Source: Octopus sinensis (taxonomy: Eukaryota). Taken from it: a DNA stretch of 64,000 bases. This document shows positions 25,361 through 39,268 of this stretch, piece by piece. Within the stretch, counting starts at the first letter, position 1. Every line of letters starts with the position of its first letter. The notes below the pieces were generated by a model. That model had not been told where the DNA came from. It made no database searches and was given only the letters and a program-made list of their open reading frames with translations. The stretch is taken from positions 19,530,001 to 19,594,000 of the forward strand of contig NC_043018.1 in NCBI RefSeq assembly GCF_006345805.1, given 5' to 3'. The position numbers were made by a program, and so were the translations under genes.

Positions 25361-25400
<40 letters not shown>

Positions 25401-25442
25401 TAGATAGATAGATAGAAAGATAGATAGATCGATAGATTAAAT

Positions 25443-25487
<45 letters not shown>

Positions 25488-26561
25488 CGATGCATATATA
25501 TATGCATGTATATGAATATGCCCTCATGCATGCATGCATGTGTATAATTCACATGGTAGTATGAGGTTATGTTTAAGTGAGTTTGTATATAGACACACAC
25601 ATATATGCCTACGTATGCACACATATTTATGTATATGATCTGCTTGTGCATGTGCGTGCATATGTGTGCGTAATGCAATTAGATTTTTGCGCAAACGTAC
25701 AGTTAGTTGCTATGGTGTCCAGCTCATTGCATTTCTGCATGTGTACTTGTGTACATGCATGTATAAATATGCGTACTTGCATTCACAGAAACAGGTATAT
25801 ATGCATATGTGCATATGCAAAAACATGCACATATTTGTGCATATCTATTGGCAACCATATTCACATCTCTGAACATACGCATACGTGCACTTGTATGTGT
25901 TTGTATGTGCATGTATGTGCATGTGTTGTGTGTGGTGTCTGTGGGCATTTTCTTTTCGAGCAAATGGTTTTATGTGTATGCGAGCATAAGTGTGTGTGGT
26001 GTATGAGGGTGTACCTGTATGTGTATGTGCATGTTTGTGTGTACATATGTGTGTGTGGGAGGGTATGCATGCGAGTGTGTGAATGATGTGGCGGGAGCGT
26101 ATGCCAAATCATTCCAATATATAACTCGGATCCCATAAAAACCAACACTATCTGCAAATCTGGAAGCTACCGGAATATAGAACTACTTGTGCATATGCAA
26201 CGAGATCTTTTGAATATATAAATAACTCTTGTGATGTTGAACATATCTGTGAATTGAGGAGCAAGCTGGTTATTCAACAAAATACTTCTCTGTGCTAACG
26301 AGAAAGCGGTCCCTGAAACGCCTAATCCTTAAACTTGAAGATACTATCAAAGACATGTGATAGAAATAATACCATTTCGAAGAAGGCAACAGTAACACAT
26401 CCACTCCAAAAACATTTGATTTAAAACTGACAGATTCTCATCACAGCTTAAGAAATAATAATGAGAATTTTCTGAAATTTCACAATAATAGATAGGTTAT
26501 CAATTTTCTAGAACCTTTGGTTCCAAAGATTTTCTAGTTTACTGGTTTTTCCAAACAAAGG

Positions 26562-26873
26562 ATTATAGATAAGGAAAACCGAAGTTGCTTACTTATTGAC
26601 CCATCATGCCTGTTTGATTCCAGGATTGTAAAGAAAGGGGAAGAAAAACAAAAAAAAATATATATATATAATCCCTTAAAGTTTGAAATAGGAAGAATTT
26701 GGAGCATGAAAACAGTAAAGGTCATGACTATAACAATTGGTGTGTTGGGAACAGTAAACCAAAATATGGACAAAGGACTGAAGGAGATTGAAACAGAATG
26801 CCTGGTAGAGCTCCCACAGGAAGTTTGTCTCTCGGGGACAACAAGGATTATCAGGCAGGTTCTAAGCACATGA
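26562..26873 (+). mobile_element. R4/Dong-clade non-LTR element, restriction-like endonuclease C-terminus
   Basis: IIDKENRSCLLIDPSCLFDSRIVKKGEEK..FEIGRIWSMKTVKVMTITIGVLGTV..GTTRIIRQVLST*; followed by (AAT)n. Confidence 0.75.
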
Positions 26874-27013
26874 AAGATTGCTGAAAACTTGCGGATACCT
26901 AAGGTTACCGGAAGTAACCTACAATCTACATGATTCCTACCAGGAATAAGACCAAACTTGGGCCAAACCAAAATAATAATAACAATAATAATAATAATAA
27001 TAACAACAACAAC

Positions 27014-27398
27014 AACAAGAGCACTCTCAGAGAGCATAAACCAATGCCAAGGCACCACCAATGTCCTCTCAACGATTAGCCAGAGGTGATTTTAAAATTG
27101 AGAATATCTGAAATAAACTCAACTGCTCTCCCAAACGAGAATACTAAAAATTAATCTGACCACACTCAAAATTAAGTAAAAAAAAAAAAAAAAAAAAACA
27201 GGAAAAATAATTCAGAATCTTTGTCCAGTACCAGATCGATCCCAATATCTAATCAGTTTGTGCTAGTCACAATACTAAACATCCCTGACAGTTTCATTCG
27301 AATCCATCCAGCGGTTCTTGAGATATCTTGTCCACGGACAAACAAACAAACATGACTGAAAACAATACCTCTGCCTTTGCTAAGGTGAAGGTAATAAT
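27014..27398 (+). mobile_element. HINE-like element copy
   Basis: Colinear with 18768-19136. Confidence 0.55.
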
Positions 27399-27824
27399 GA
27401 TAACAATAATAATCATCATCATCATCTTCGTTTAACGTCCGCTTTCCATGCTAGCATGGGTTGGACGGTTCAACTGGGATCTGGGAAGCCCGAAGGCTGC
27501 ACCAGGCCAGTCAGATCTGGCAGTGTTTCTACAGCTGGATGCCCTTCCTAACGCCAACCACTCCGTGAGTGTAGTGGGTGCTTTTTATGTGCCACCGACA
27601 CAGGTGCCAGACGAGGCTGGCGAACGGCCATGCTCGGATGGTGTTTCTTACGTGCCACCAGCACGGAGGCCAGTCAATGCGGTACTGGCTACAGCCACGT
27701 TCGGATGGTTTTTGTATGTGCCACCGGCACTGGTACCACAAAACTACAAATTCCATTCATGTTCATCGAGTTTGCTTTTGATTTTGTCAATTTTATAATA
27801 ATAATAATAATGATAATAATAATA

Positions 27825-27919
<95 letters not shown>

Positions 27920-28456
27920 TCAGAGAAAAACAAAAATTGAGAAAGGAGAGAGAGAAACAGCAGTAGCAGAAAATGGTAATGAAGAGGTAAGAGAACTGAA
28001 GAATATGAAAAAGAAGGAAATTACTAAATGTCTGTGATTGTTCATGAAGGAAATAGTGAAGATGATTTATTTGGACAAATGACAGTAAATGCGGTACAAG
28101 ACTTGAATGATGAAGAGACGAAGATTCTGGAAATGCTGCGAGGTAAAAATGTGAGACGGGAACAAAATGAAGAACCAGCAAATGTCAGAAATATGAGAAG
28201 AGCGAAAGTAAGGAGAACCACAGCCGCCAGGGTGAATGACGTTTTGAGGTTGATTAGAAGAGAAGACAGTGAAACGAAAGAGCAAGTCATTGCTGCTGCT
28301 AATGCTGTGGCTGACATGATAGGATGGAAGCAGGAAACTGAAGGAATGAAAGAAAGAACCAAACTGAAGGAAGATAATACGAACGAAGTTGCAAAAAGAC
28401 ATTGAGAGAACTGGGGCAATTGAATAGGATAATGAGAGGAGAGCTCAAGAATGAGG
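27920..28456 (+). mobile_element. Probable R4/Dong N-terminal ORF fragment
   Basis: VIAAANAVADMIGWK..KEP.(W)RK..LGQLNRIMRGELKNE; preceded by long (AAT)n. Confidence 0.5.
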
Positions 28457-29431
28457 TTGTTTGTTGCTTCTTGAGCCATGCTTGGCTCATAAGGGCCAGT
28501 TTCCCGGTTTCCCGGTTTCCTTGGCATATAGGTTCCCCACCTGGATGGGATGCTGAAGGAATGAAAGGACAGAACCTATTTCTTTACTACCCACAAGGCG
28601 CTAAACACAGAGAGGACAAACAAGGACAGACAAACGGATTAAGTCGATTGTATTGACCCCAGTAACTGGTACTTATTTAATCGACCCCGAAAGGATGGAA
28701 GGCAAAGTCGACCTCGGCGGAATTTGAACTCACAACGTAACGGTAGACGAAATACGGCTACGCATTTCGCCCGGCGTGCTAACGTTTCTGCCAGCTCACC
28801 GCCTTATAATGAAAGGAAAGAACCATATTGAAGGAAGATGATATGAATGAAGTTAGGAAAGACATGGCGGTGCCCCAGCATGGCCACAGCTCATAAGCTG
28901 AAACTAGAATCAATCAATCAATCAAAAGGAACTGGGGCAATTGAATAGGATAATGAGAGGAGAGCTCAAGAATGAGGTTGTTTGTTGCTTCTTGAGCCAC
29001 GCATGGCTCATAAGGGCCGGTTTCCCGGTTTCCCGGTTTCCCAGTTTCCTTGGCATATAGGTTCCCCACCCGGATGGGATGCCGAAGAAATGAAAGGAAA
29101 GAACCATACTGAAGGAAGATGATACGAATGAAGTTGGGAAAGACATGGAAAGAACTGGGGCAATTGAATAGGATAATGAGAGGAGAGCTCAAGAATGAGG
29201 TGTTTGTTCCTTCTGGAGCCATGCTTGGCTCATAGGGCTGGTTTCCCGGTTTCCTTGGCATATAGGTTCCCCACATCATCCAAACTAACTGCGTAAAACC
29301 AGGCTTAGCAGCTAGTATATATATATATATATGTGTGTGTGTGTGCGTGTGTTTGTATGTGTGTGTGTGTGTATGCACATTCGTGTGTGAGTGTATGTAT
29401 GTACATATGTCCGTATGTATGTATGTTTTTG

Positions 29432-29737
29432 TTTGTTTGTCCCTTCTTGAGCCATGCCTGGTTCATAAGGGCCGGTTTCCTGGTTTCCTTGGTGTATAGG
29501 TTCCCCACCTGGACAGGACGCCGGTCTATCACAGGTGAGCTGCAAGATGCAGGAGGAAAGAGTGAGAGAAAGTTGTGGCGAAAGAGTCAGCAGACGTTCG
29601 CCATTACCTTCTGCCGGAGCCGCGTAGAGCTTAAGTGTTTCGCTCATTAACATACACATCGCCCAGTCTGAGATTCGAAACCTGCGATTCCTCGACCGCG
29701 AGTCCGCTGCTCTAACCACTAGACCATGTACCACCGC
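29432..29737 (-). mobile_element. tRNA-derived SINE family 4
   Basis: catggtctagtggttagagcagcggactcgcggtcgagg..ggtttcgaatctc; homologous to 32392-32708. Confidence 0.85.
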
Positions 29738-30300
29738 ATGAATGAGGATGTAATCAGAAAATTGAACGGACAGGATAGGTTAGAAGAAAGGCGTAAGCAA
29801 ACAATACATGAAGAATTCTCATAATGATGATGATGATGATGATGATGATGAGGATGATGATGATGATAGCAATTATGGTGAAGCAGTATCTTAGTTCCCC
29901 TTTAATGAGTGTAGTGATTAGGAATTAAACGAAGCAGTACAACACCTCGCACAGTTGAAAATAAACATTCAATATGGCAGAATATCAGAATTATCATTTC
30001 AAGAGTGTTTGTAGAGAAAATAAGGTGAAGATGTTTGAGGAGTGGATGAGGGTCAGGAGAAAAGCGCAGCGTAAGCTGCTGCCAGATATGCACACACTCG
30101 CACACACACACACACACATACACTTGCATGCTTGCGCGCACACACCTGCACACACATAAACATATGTATATGTATATATATACATACATATAATACATAC
30201 ATATATATTAACATATCCATATATATATATATAATATATACATATGTATGTATGTATATATATATATGTATATATGTATGAGCATATATATGTACATATG

Positions 30301-30332
<32 letters not shown>

Positions 30333-30732
30333 AGTATACATATGATATATATATATGTATATATATGTATATATATATGTATATATATTATATATATGTA
30401 TATATATGCTGTTTTTACTGAGATCTCCCTTTTTAGTAGAAGAAATAGCTATAACCCTTTGACTGCTATTTCTAATTCGGTATGTGGTGAGGCAACTCGT
30501 TGCTAAACCCTTATTGCTTAGTATATGTATAATATATACATATATGTAAATATAATGCATATATATGTATATATATATATATGTATATATATGCATATAT
30601 ATGCATATATTGTATATATATGCATATATATGCATATATATGTATATATATGCATATATATATGTATATATGTGTATATATGTATATATATGTTTATATA
30701 TGTATATGTATATATGTATATATATATATATA

Positions 30733-30804
<72 letters not shown>

Positions 30805-31133
30805 GTATATAATACATATGTATATATGTATATATATGTATACGTATATATATATTATATATATGCATTGTGTGTATATATATGCATTGTGTGTATGCTC
30901 ACTAAGCTCCTTCGTTCTACTTAGATATTCACTGACATTACCAATCTCTTTTGTTTCTGTTCAACCAAAATTAGGGAATTATCAGTGTTCTTGACATCTC
31001 TAATCCCCAACTGCTTATCTACAACAAAGAGGGGGAGAACGAGAGCAGAGCGGGAGGGACAAATGCCCAGGAACAATAGGTTATAACGCTTGTTTCTTTT
31101 CCTTGTTTTCACCTTTTGTTTCTCTCTCTCTCA

Positions 31134-31170
<37 letters not shown>

Positions 31171-31564
31171 TCTTTCTCTTCCTCACTTTTGATTTTACCC
31201 TCAAGTGATTTATGATTGATGAAGATGTTGTCACTGCTTAAATCAAGAGGACAATAAAACTACGAAGAAAGAAGAGTCATGGTTTCAAATCCCATCGTTG
31301 TTACTTTTGCAGGGCCCAAAGCTAACCCAAACTTTGCAGATCACCTAAGAAACAGTGTGCCCCCCACCTTATGTAGAGCCTTTGTTCTTTTATCTCTTTT
31401 AGTTAGAAGAATCAGCAATGCTTATGAACTTTTTGAATTACGGAGGGAGAGAGTCAGGGTTTCAAATGTGGCCCAGCAGCTCAGCCACTTTGCCTCTATA
31501 GGGCCCAACACTAGAAAGGAACTCAGCCACCTGGCCTCTGTGAGGCCTCTTCGAAAGGAACTCA

Positions 31565-31706
31565 GTTTCTTTCAGTTTCCATATAGCAAATCCACTCACA
31601 AGGCTTTGGTCAGTGTGAGGCTATAGTAGAAGACACTTGCCCAAGATGCCACGCAGTGGGACTGAACCTGGAACCATGTGGTTGGTAAGCAAGCTTTTTA
31701 TCACAC
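31565..31706 (-). mobile_element. SINE family 1, 5' half
   Basis: Reverse complement of head. Confidence 0.75.
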
Positions 31707-31716
31707 AGCAATGCAC

Positions 31717-31748
<32 letters not shown>

Positions 31749-32391
31749 TATACTTCACTTATGTATTGCAATACTAATAACTTGGAGTAGAATTCAATAT
31801 ATGTATGCTTTTGAATAAAGTGTTAGTTGAGTACAGAGCAGTAATGAGAAGAGAGATGACAAAGGAATAAAAAAAACTATCTTATATAAGATAATACTCT
31901 GGTGTTTATGAATGAGAAAGGAAGGTGTGATGTCATACTTGGTAGTGGGATGATGAAAATTGTACACTGAAAAATAAATCAAACAGCGTTTCAACTCTGT
32001 GTGAATATATGTGTGTGTATGTAAAAGGGGGTATGTGCATGTGTGTTTGGATGTTTGTATGTGTGTGTACGCGTGCAATGGAAGTGGAATGGTTCATCTT
32101 TGTTTGCTTAATATTTGGGTTTATTTTTTGATTTGATTAAATCTTGGCTGTTTTTTTTCGTTGGTCAGTTATTTTTATGGTTTTGACAGAAAAAAGTCAT
32201 TCTGAAATTGTTTTTTAACATAAATGTGCCCAAACAAGTCGAATGCTTCCACAGAACAAGTTTTACAGCCACATCATCCAAACTAACTGCGTAAAACCGA
32301 GCTTAGCAGCTAGTATATATATATGTGTGTGTGTGTGTGTGTATGCACATGCGGGTGTGAGTGTATGTATGTACATATGTCCGTATGTATG

Positions 32392-32708
32392 TATGTTTTT
32401 GTTTGTTTGTTCCTTCTCGAGCCACACATGGCTCATAAGGGCCGGTTTCCCGGTTTCCTTGGCGTATAGGTTCCCCACCTGGAAGGGACGCCAGTCCGTC
32501 ACAGGTGAGCTGCAAGATGCAGGAGGAAAAAGTGAGAGAAAGTTGTGGCAAAAGAGTCAGCAGAAGTTCACCATTACCTTCTGCCAGAACCGCGTGGAGC
32601 TTAGGTGTTTCGCTCATAAATACACACACACCGCCCGGTCTGAGATTCGAACCCGCGATCCCTCGACCGCGAGTCCGCTGCTCTAACCACTAGGCCATGT
32701 GCCTCCAC
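32392..32708 (-). mobile_element. tRNA-derived SINE family 4
   Basis: ggaggcacatggcctagtggttagagc..gggttcgaatctc. Confidence 0.9.
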
Positions 32709-33387
32709 ATGTATGTATGTATGTATGTATGTATGTATGAATATATGAATCAATGTATGGATTTATATTTCTAACCATAGATATGTAAAAAGTGTGAGGG
32801 GGCGTTAGGCGTTACGACGTCTCACTTTAATATGTTAAGATATGTGAGGCTGTAAAACAGACAAATAGAATTTAGTTGGGGAAAAAAAAAAACTGTAGGT
32901 TGAAGCCTCCAGGAAACATAAAACGAATTGAAAATATGTTCCCTGTCTCTGTTCTGAGCAATGAAGCAAATGAAAAATGTGCATACGCAAACACACAGAA
33001 GTGCATCTGCAAACATGCATACATATGTGCACATATATGTGTACACACACACATAAGTATGCATATTATACATACACGAAAAATACATATATTTATAATA
33101 TCATTAGTGCTTTAGTGTTCACTTTTCCATATGTGTGTGTGTGTATGTATATAATGTGTGTGTGTGTATATTTATGATAAATATATACATGTATGTATAT
33201 ATATATATCCACATATATATACATACACATATATATGTGTATATACATATATATTTACATATGTGTATATACATATATATACATATATATGTATATATAT
33301 ACACATATATATATGCACATATATATGTATATATGAATATATATGCACATGTATATGTATATATGAATATATGTACGCATGTATGTA

Positions 33388-33466
<79 letters not shown>

Positions 33467-33503
33467 TACACACACATATATATTTGTGATAAATATATAC
33501 ATG

Positions 33504-33540
<37 letters not shown>

Positions 33541-33596
33541 TGTATATATATATACGCATGTATATATATATATGTATGTATGAATATATGTGTGTG

Positions 33597-33630
<34 letters not shown>

Positions 33631-33964
33631 CACATGTATATGCATGCATGTATGCAGTAATAGGAAAAGCCTGCATCAAGGTGGTTGCTTAATGGGCCTC
33701 ACTAACTCCATACACAGCAAATAAGCCGTAGTATATCTGTAGGGTTTATGTGTTAACCGATGCCAAAACGATGCCAGAATTCCTACTCCATGTCTTCTGG
33801 TTACTTGTGATAGTTGTAACTTTGACGGAATTGGCTCAAGGCTTCCATTTAACATTCACAATGGTTTTTTTGACAACAAGCCAACACACAGAAATCTAAT
33901 TACTTTCAGTAATGCCTTTGCTTATGAACTACACTTTCCTCAAACATTCTCACTTCTGAAATGT

Positions 33965-34575
33965 GGGGCATCTCTCTCTTTCTCTCTCTCTTTCTGTCTG
34001 TCTGTCTCTGTCTCTGTCTCTCCCTCTCCCTCTCTCTCCCTCTCTCTCCCTCTCTCTCTTTCTCTCTCTCTCTCTATCTATCTATATCTCTCTATCACTC
34101 TCTCTCTCCCCCACATTCTCTCACCCTGTCTCTCTCTCTCTCTCTCTTTCCATCTCTCTCTCTATGTCCACCTCGCTTTCTGTTCCTCTTTCTCTGTTCA
34201 TCTGTCTGTCTGTCTGTCCCTGTCTGTCCATCTCCCTCTTTCTCCCTCTGTCGATCTCTCTCTCTCCCTATCCATCTCTGTTTCACTCTGTCTATCTGTC
34301 TGTGTGTCTCCCTCTCTCTCTCTCTGTCAATTTCTCTGTCTCTCTCCATCTCTCTCACTCTCCCTCTGTCGATCTCTCTCTCCCAATCCATCTCTCTCTC
34401 TCACTCAGCCCACCTGTCTGTATCTTTCCCTCTCTCTCTCTCTCTCTCTCACTCTCTCTCTACTCTCTCCCTCTATCAATTTCTCTATCTCTCTCCATCT
34501 CTCTCTCTCTCTCTCACTCCATCTATCTGTCTGTCTCTTTCCTTCTCACTCACTCTTTCTATCTCTCTCACTCTG
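33965..34575. repeat. CT-rich low-complexity tract
   Basis: Direct reading. Confidence 0.9.
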
Positions 34576-34639
34576 TAACATGTTTATCAATAAAGATTTA
34601 CTATATTTCCACAGCAGGTCGTTAGCTAATTTAAATAAC

Positions 34640-34885
34640 TCTAATTGTGGCTGAATTAGCTGCTAGAATCGCAGGTTCTGGCACAGTAATGCCCCGGCAC
34701 CAGCACCAACATTTGATCCTCAGAATAGGAGCGATTGGTAAAAAAAAAAGAAAAGCGAAATTCGCTATCCTCAATTCGGTCCCCATGCCTATCTTACCTA
34801 TGGTCAAGAATGTTGGGGAATGATCAAAAAACTATTATCATGAACACAAGCGGCTGAAATAGAATTCCTTCAAAGGATCTTTGCT
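34640..34885 (+). mobile_element. RTE RT C-terminal fragment
   Basis: ELAARIAGSGTVM..KFAILNSV..TYGQECWGMIKKLLS*TQAAEIEFLQRI. Confidence 0.7.
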
Positions 34886-35054
34886 ATAGTGGAGGTACAT
34901 ATCTTAGCGGCGTTGTATTCTTGAGCGAAACATGATGTTGTGTTCTTGAGCAAAACACTTTATTGAATCTTGGTCAAGTCATCCCATCCAAGGAACCAGA
35001 AACCAACGCTATCAGTCTATATGACTCGGGAAAAACTTTACTTTTTGGCGGGGC

Positions 35055-35323
35055 ACATGGCTTAGTGGTTAGGAGTATTGAACTCGTGATCATAAAACTG
35101 TGATTTCAATTACTGGACTGGGCAACATGTTGTGTCCTTGAGCAAAACACTTCATTCCACATTGCTCCAGTCTACTCAACAGGTGAAAATGAGTAACTGT
35201 ACTGTGGACTGGAGCAATGTGGAATGAAGTGTTTTGCTCAAGGACACAACACATTGCCCAATCCAGTAATTGAAATCACAGTTTTATGATCATGAGACCA
35301 ACACCCCTAACCACTAAGCCATG
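35055..35323. mobile_element. Two SINE heads in inverted (foldback) arrangement
   Basis: 35055-35172 mirrors 35207-35323. Confidence 0.85.
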
Positions 35324-36601
35324 TTACCCAAAAAAAGTAAGGTTTTTCCTGAGTCATATAGACTGATAGTGTTGGTTTATGGTTCCATGGATGAGTCCAC
35401 TCAACAGGTGAAAATGAGTAACTGTACAGTGGACTGGTGTCCCATACACCCCATGGAATCTGGTAAAACTGGCCCTTATGAGTCAGCACGGCTTGGGAAG
35501 CATGTCGCTAGGGTGTTGGACTTATGATCATAAGATTGTGGTTTCGATTCCTGGGCTGGGTGATGCATTGTGCTCTTGAGCAAAACCCTTCATTCGATGT
35601 TGCTCCAGTCCACTCAGCTGGCAAAAATGAGCTAATCCTGCGACGGACAGGCGTCCTGTTCCGGTGGAAAATATATATGCCATGGAAACTTGGGATCTGG
35701 CCCTTATGAGTCTGTATGACTCAAGAAAGAAACTTGACCCTTTTTTTATAATCATTGGTGTAATGTAAAGTATACTAGCCATCTCAATATGGTTAACCAC
35801 TAAGGGTGGGTGTTACTGTAGCTTTTAGCCCCAGGAGATCATCGTCTCCAGCTGGCTTTAAGACACACTTTATGTGCCCTTATGGTATTTGCAAAGGGAG
35901 GTCATCCCTCTCTAGTAAACCTTAGTGACACGCACGGACTGCAGTTTCTAGGTATTTGCCTGTCTTCGGCGTACGGCAGTCACCGGTTTACGATGAAAGG
36001 GAGACCTGTTTGCAAATACTTATAGGTTTTTCTTGTAACTTCCATCACTGATTTTGAAAAACTGTCTGCAAGCAATAATAAATCTCTGAACGAGATGTAA
36101 CATTGGTGTAATGTTACCCACAAAGTGAAAAGCTCAAAGATCAGGGAGTTTCTTCACATTGAGCCACTAATTCTCTGCATTTAGAGGTCACAGAAAACCA
36201 CAGACTTGTAATTAGAATGGTGCAAGAAAGAATTGCAAGATGGATTCCTCAAGGAATGGTCAAGGGGTTGACCGAGAATGAGATAGTGGAGAGAATATCT
36301 GTAGTCTATGTTGGTCGTGCTTAGAGATTCAGCAGAAAATTGTAATGATGGTTGCTTCTGGTAGGTTCCTACAGAGGAATTGCCTAAGGACTCTACCTCC
36401 GCTACCCCCTCTACTACTCTCACAGGTGGAGAATATGGATGGACAAATGGATTCTACTCTCTTAATTCTACTCTCTTACATGACAATTTCGTCTTTATTT
36501 GCTCCAAGGGCACTTGCAGCAGTTGTTAATAATAATAATAATGATGATAATAATAATAATAATATTAATAATAATAATAATGATAATAATAATAATAATA
36601 T

Positions 36602-36648
<47 letters not shown>

Positions 36649-36776
36649 GAAGAAGAAGAAGAAGAAGAAGAGATAGATAGATAGATAGATAGATATATAG
36701 ATATATAGATAGATAGATAGACAGACAGACAGTCAGAGAGATGGATAGATAGATGGACAGACAGACAGACAGATGA

Positions 36777-36818
<42 letters not shown>

Positions 36819-37349
36819 TGACATATATGAAAAACCAAATTTTTTTTAGGTGTTACTATAAATTTAGTGAAACAAATTCACCCCTGAGTCTTTGTGATAC
36901 TCCATCATTCTGATATTCACAGATGTTTTCTCTGAGAACAGCTGTGCTAACATCGAGATATCTGTCACCCAAACCACTGTGGTGCTTTTATTTCCTTCAA
37001 CCTTTATAACAGAAAATATCTTTGTCTTATCTGCAGACCATTTTTTTTTTCTTCCAAAAACTTCTGTGATTTCTTTGCAGCTTTTTTTTTTACCATTTGT
37101 CCTTGGTTCCATCATTTCTTTGAGAAATACACTTCAAAGTTAACGCTCTTTTCCCAGTGATTTCCCAGACAACCTTTTTGCCAACTTACACATTTTCAAC
37201 TTCATTTTATGGGTCACCTTAATAAGGTCAGGTGTGTTCCTTTACAAAAGCCCTCTGTCTTTTTATTGCAGCTGCCATAAATTCCATATTGGTTCATAAC
37301 CAATATTTTGTAATCGATAATGTTTCTTCTATAATGAACTTGTAATTCT

Positions 37350-37840
37350 GTTTATCGAAACATTTTCCATAATTCAGAATCTAATTGGTTCTTTTCCTCT
37401 TGAACTGCTGCAAATAATAATTCTTCATATTTTTTTTCTATTTTGAAACTTCTTCCATTTTCACACGATATTCTGTCAATAAGGATTCCAATATGAAGAT
37501 TCCATGATCTAGCAGAACACCCTTTGGCTAAATTCTGCAAAATTTGTAGAAATATTCTCCCCATTGGTTTTATTTCCTGAACCAAACTGGGCTGAATAAG
37601 TTGTTGTGTAAAAGGAAACATGATGCTTTTGTATGATTTTCCTCTCGTGAAATTCTTCATCATTAGAACCACATTGGCAAACGACTAATGAAACACACCA
37701 ACATGATTGTATTATTATCACATGATGAGTCTATTCAAATCTTCCCTGCTTTTTTCTTTTCTTTTGATCTTCTCTGATATCTGTATTGGTCATCTGAATG
37801 GGGACGATTTTCATTCATCTGAGAAGATTACATTTTGAAA
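37350..37840 (-). pseudogene. Decayed Tc1/Tc3-like DDE transposase
   Basis: FQNVIFSDE motif; CSARSWNL..GILIDRISCENGRSF..AVQEE resembles WPARSPDLNP..GILARRVYENGRQF. Confidence 0.55.
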
Positions 37841-38659
37841 GAAAATAAGATATTTTTCTTTGTACACTTTACAAAATTACTTTCTGTCATAAGCAATACA
37901 CTCTATTTTCAATAAATAAAACCTTTTACACATAAACCTTTCATCACTTTTTTTTTGTTTTTTTTCTCCAGAACATTCTAATGGCTTATTATATTCATTT
38001 TTCTGTTGCTTTAACTAAAATGTTCTTCAGTAAATTCTTCATTTTTTTCCTATTTGTTCACCATCTTTCTTAATTTCATTTAAAATGGCCAGTTCTGTTT
38101 TGATTATCCGGAGTTTTGTAAAAATGTCGAATCACTCTTTTTCTTAAATGGGTGTTAAAAAAGTAGAAGAGATATTCTTCTTAAATTACATGAAATAATA
38201 AAACAAATATTGATAAAGCTTCAATCAAAACCAACTGTTTAGACAAGGACAAGAATGAAAAGAATGGACAAAAATAGAAAATAGGGTTTTGAAAATAAAA
38301 ACAAAATATATCTAAAATATTCAAAATAAATTCCAATGACAATCGTGGTTTGGAGTTCACATTTGCTGTCATCATCATCGTTTAACGTCCACTTTCAATG
38401 CTGGCATGGGTTGGACGGTTTGACTAGGGCTGGCGAGCCAGAAGGCTGCACCAGTCTCCAATCTGATCTGGCAAAGTTTCTACAGTTGGATGCCTTTCCT
38501 GACACCAACCACTCCAAGAGTGTAGTGGGTGCTTTTACATGCAACCGGCACGGGGGCCAGTCAGGTAGTACCGGCATTGGCCACTCTCAAATAACGCTTT
38601 TTACGTCCCATCTGCACAGGAGATTACATTAACTCCAGTGCATGACTGGTACTTAATTT

Positions 38660-39268
38660 CATCCAGCCACAAGGAGGGCAATCAGCCACAAGAAGGGCAA
38701 TCAACCTCAAGGAGGGTGTCCATTCACAAGAAGGGCATCCAGCCACAAAGAGGGCAATAAGCCACAAGAAGGGGCATCCAGTCACAAGAAGGACATCCAA
38801 TCATAAGGAGGGCATCTAGCCATAAGGAGGTCATCCAGCCACAAGAAGGACATCCAGTCATAAGGAGGGCATCTAGCCATAAGGAGGTCATCCAGCCACA
38901 AGAAGGACATCCAATCATAAGGAGGGCATCTAGCCATAAGGAGGTCCATCCACACAAGAAGACATCCAATCATAAGGAGGGCATCTAGCCATAAGGAGGT
39001 CATCCAGCCACAAGAAGGACATCCAGTCATAAGGAGGGCATCCAGCCAAAAAGAAGGGCAATCAGCCACATGAAGGGCATCCAGCCACATGATGAAGGGC
39101 ATCCAGTCACAAGGAGGGCAATCATCCACAAGATGGGCCTCCAGCCACAAGGAGGGCATCAAGCCACAAGGAGGGCATCCAGCCAAAAGGAGGGCAATCA
39201 GCCACAAGAAGGGGCATCCAGCCACAAGGAGGGCAATCAGCCACAAGAAGGGGCATCCAGCCACAAGA
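38660..39268 (+). repeat. ~20-bp minisatellite (cagccacaag(a/g)agggca(t/a)c), about 30 units
   Basis: Direct reading. Confidence 0.9.

Noticed and set aside
32630-32708. tRNA genes at SINE heads (also 15315, 20262, 29660, 47190)
   Set aside because: No paired acceptor stem; each continues into a SINE body
34798-34853. Minus-strand exon with strong splice sites
   Set aside because: All three frames contain stops; it is the antisense of an RTE fragment
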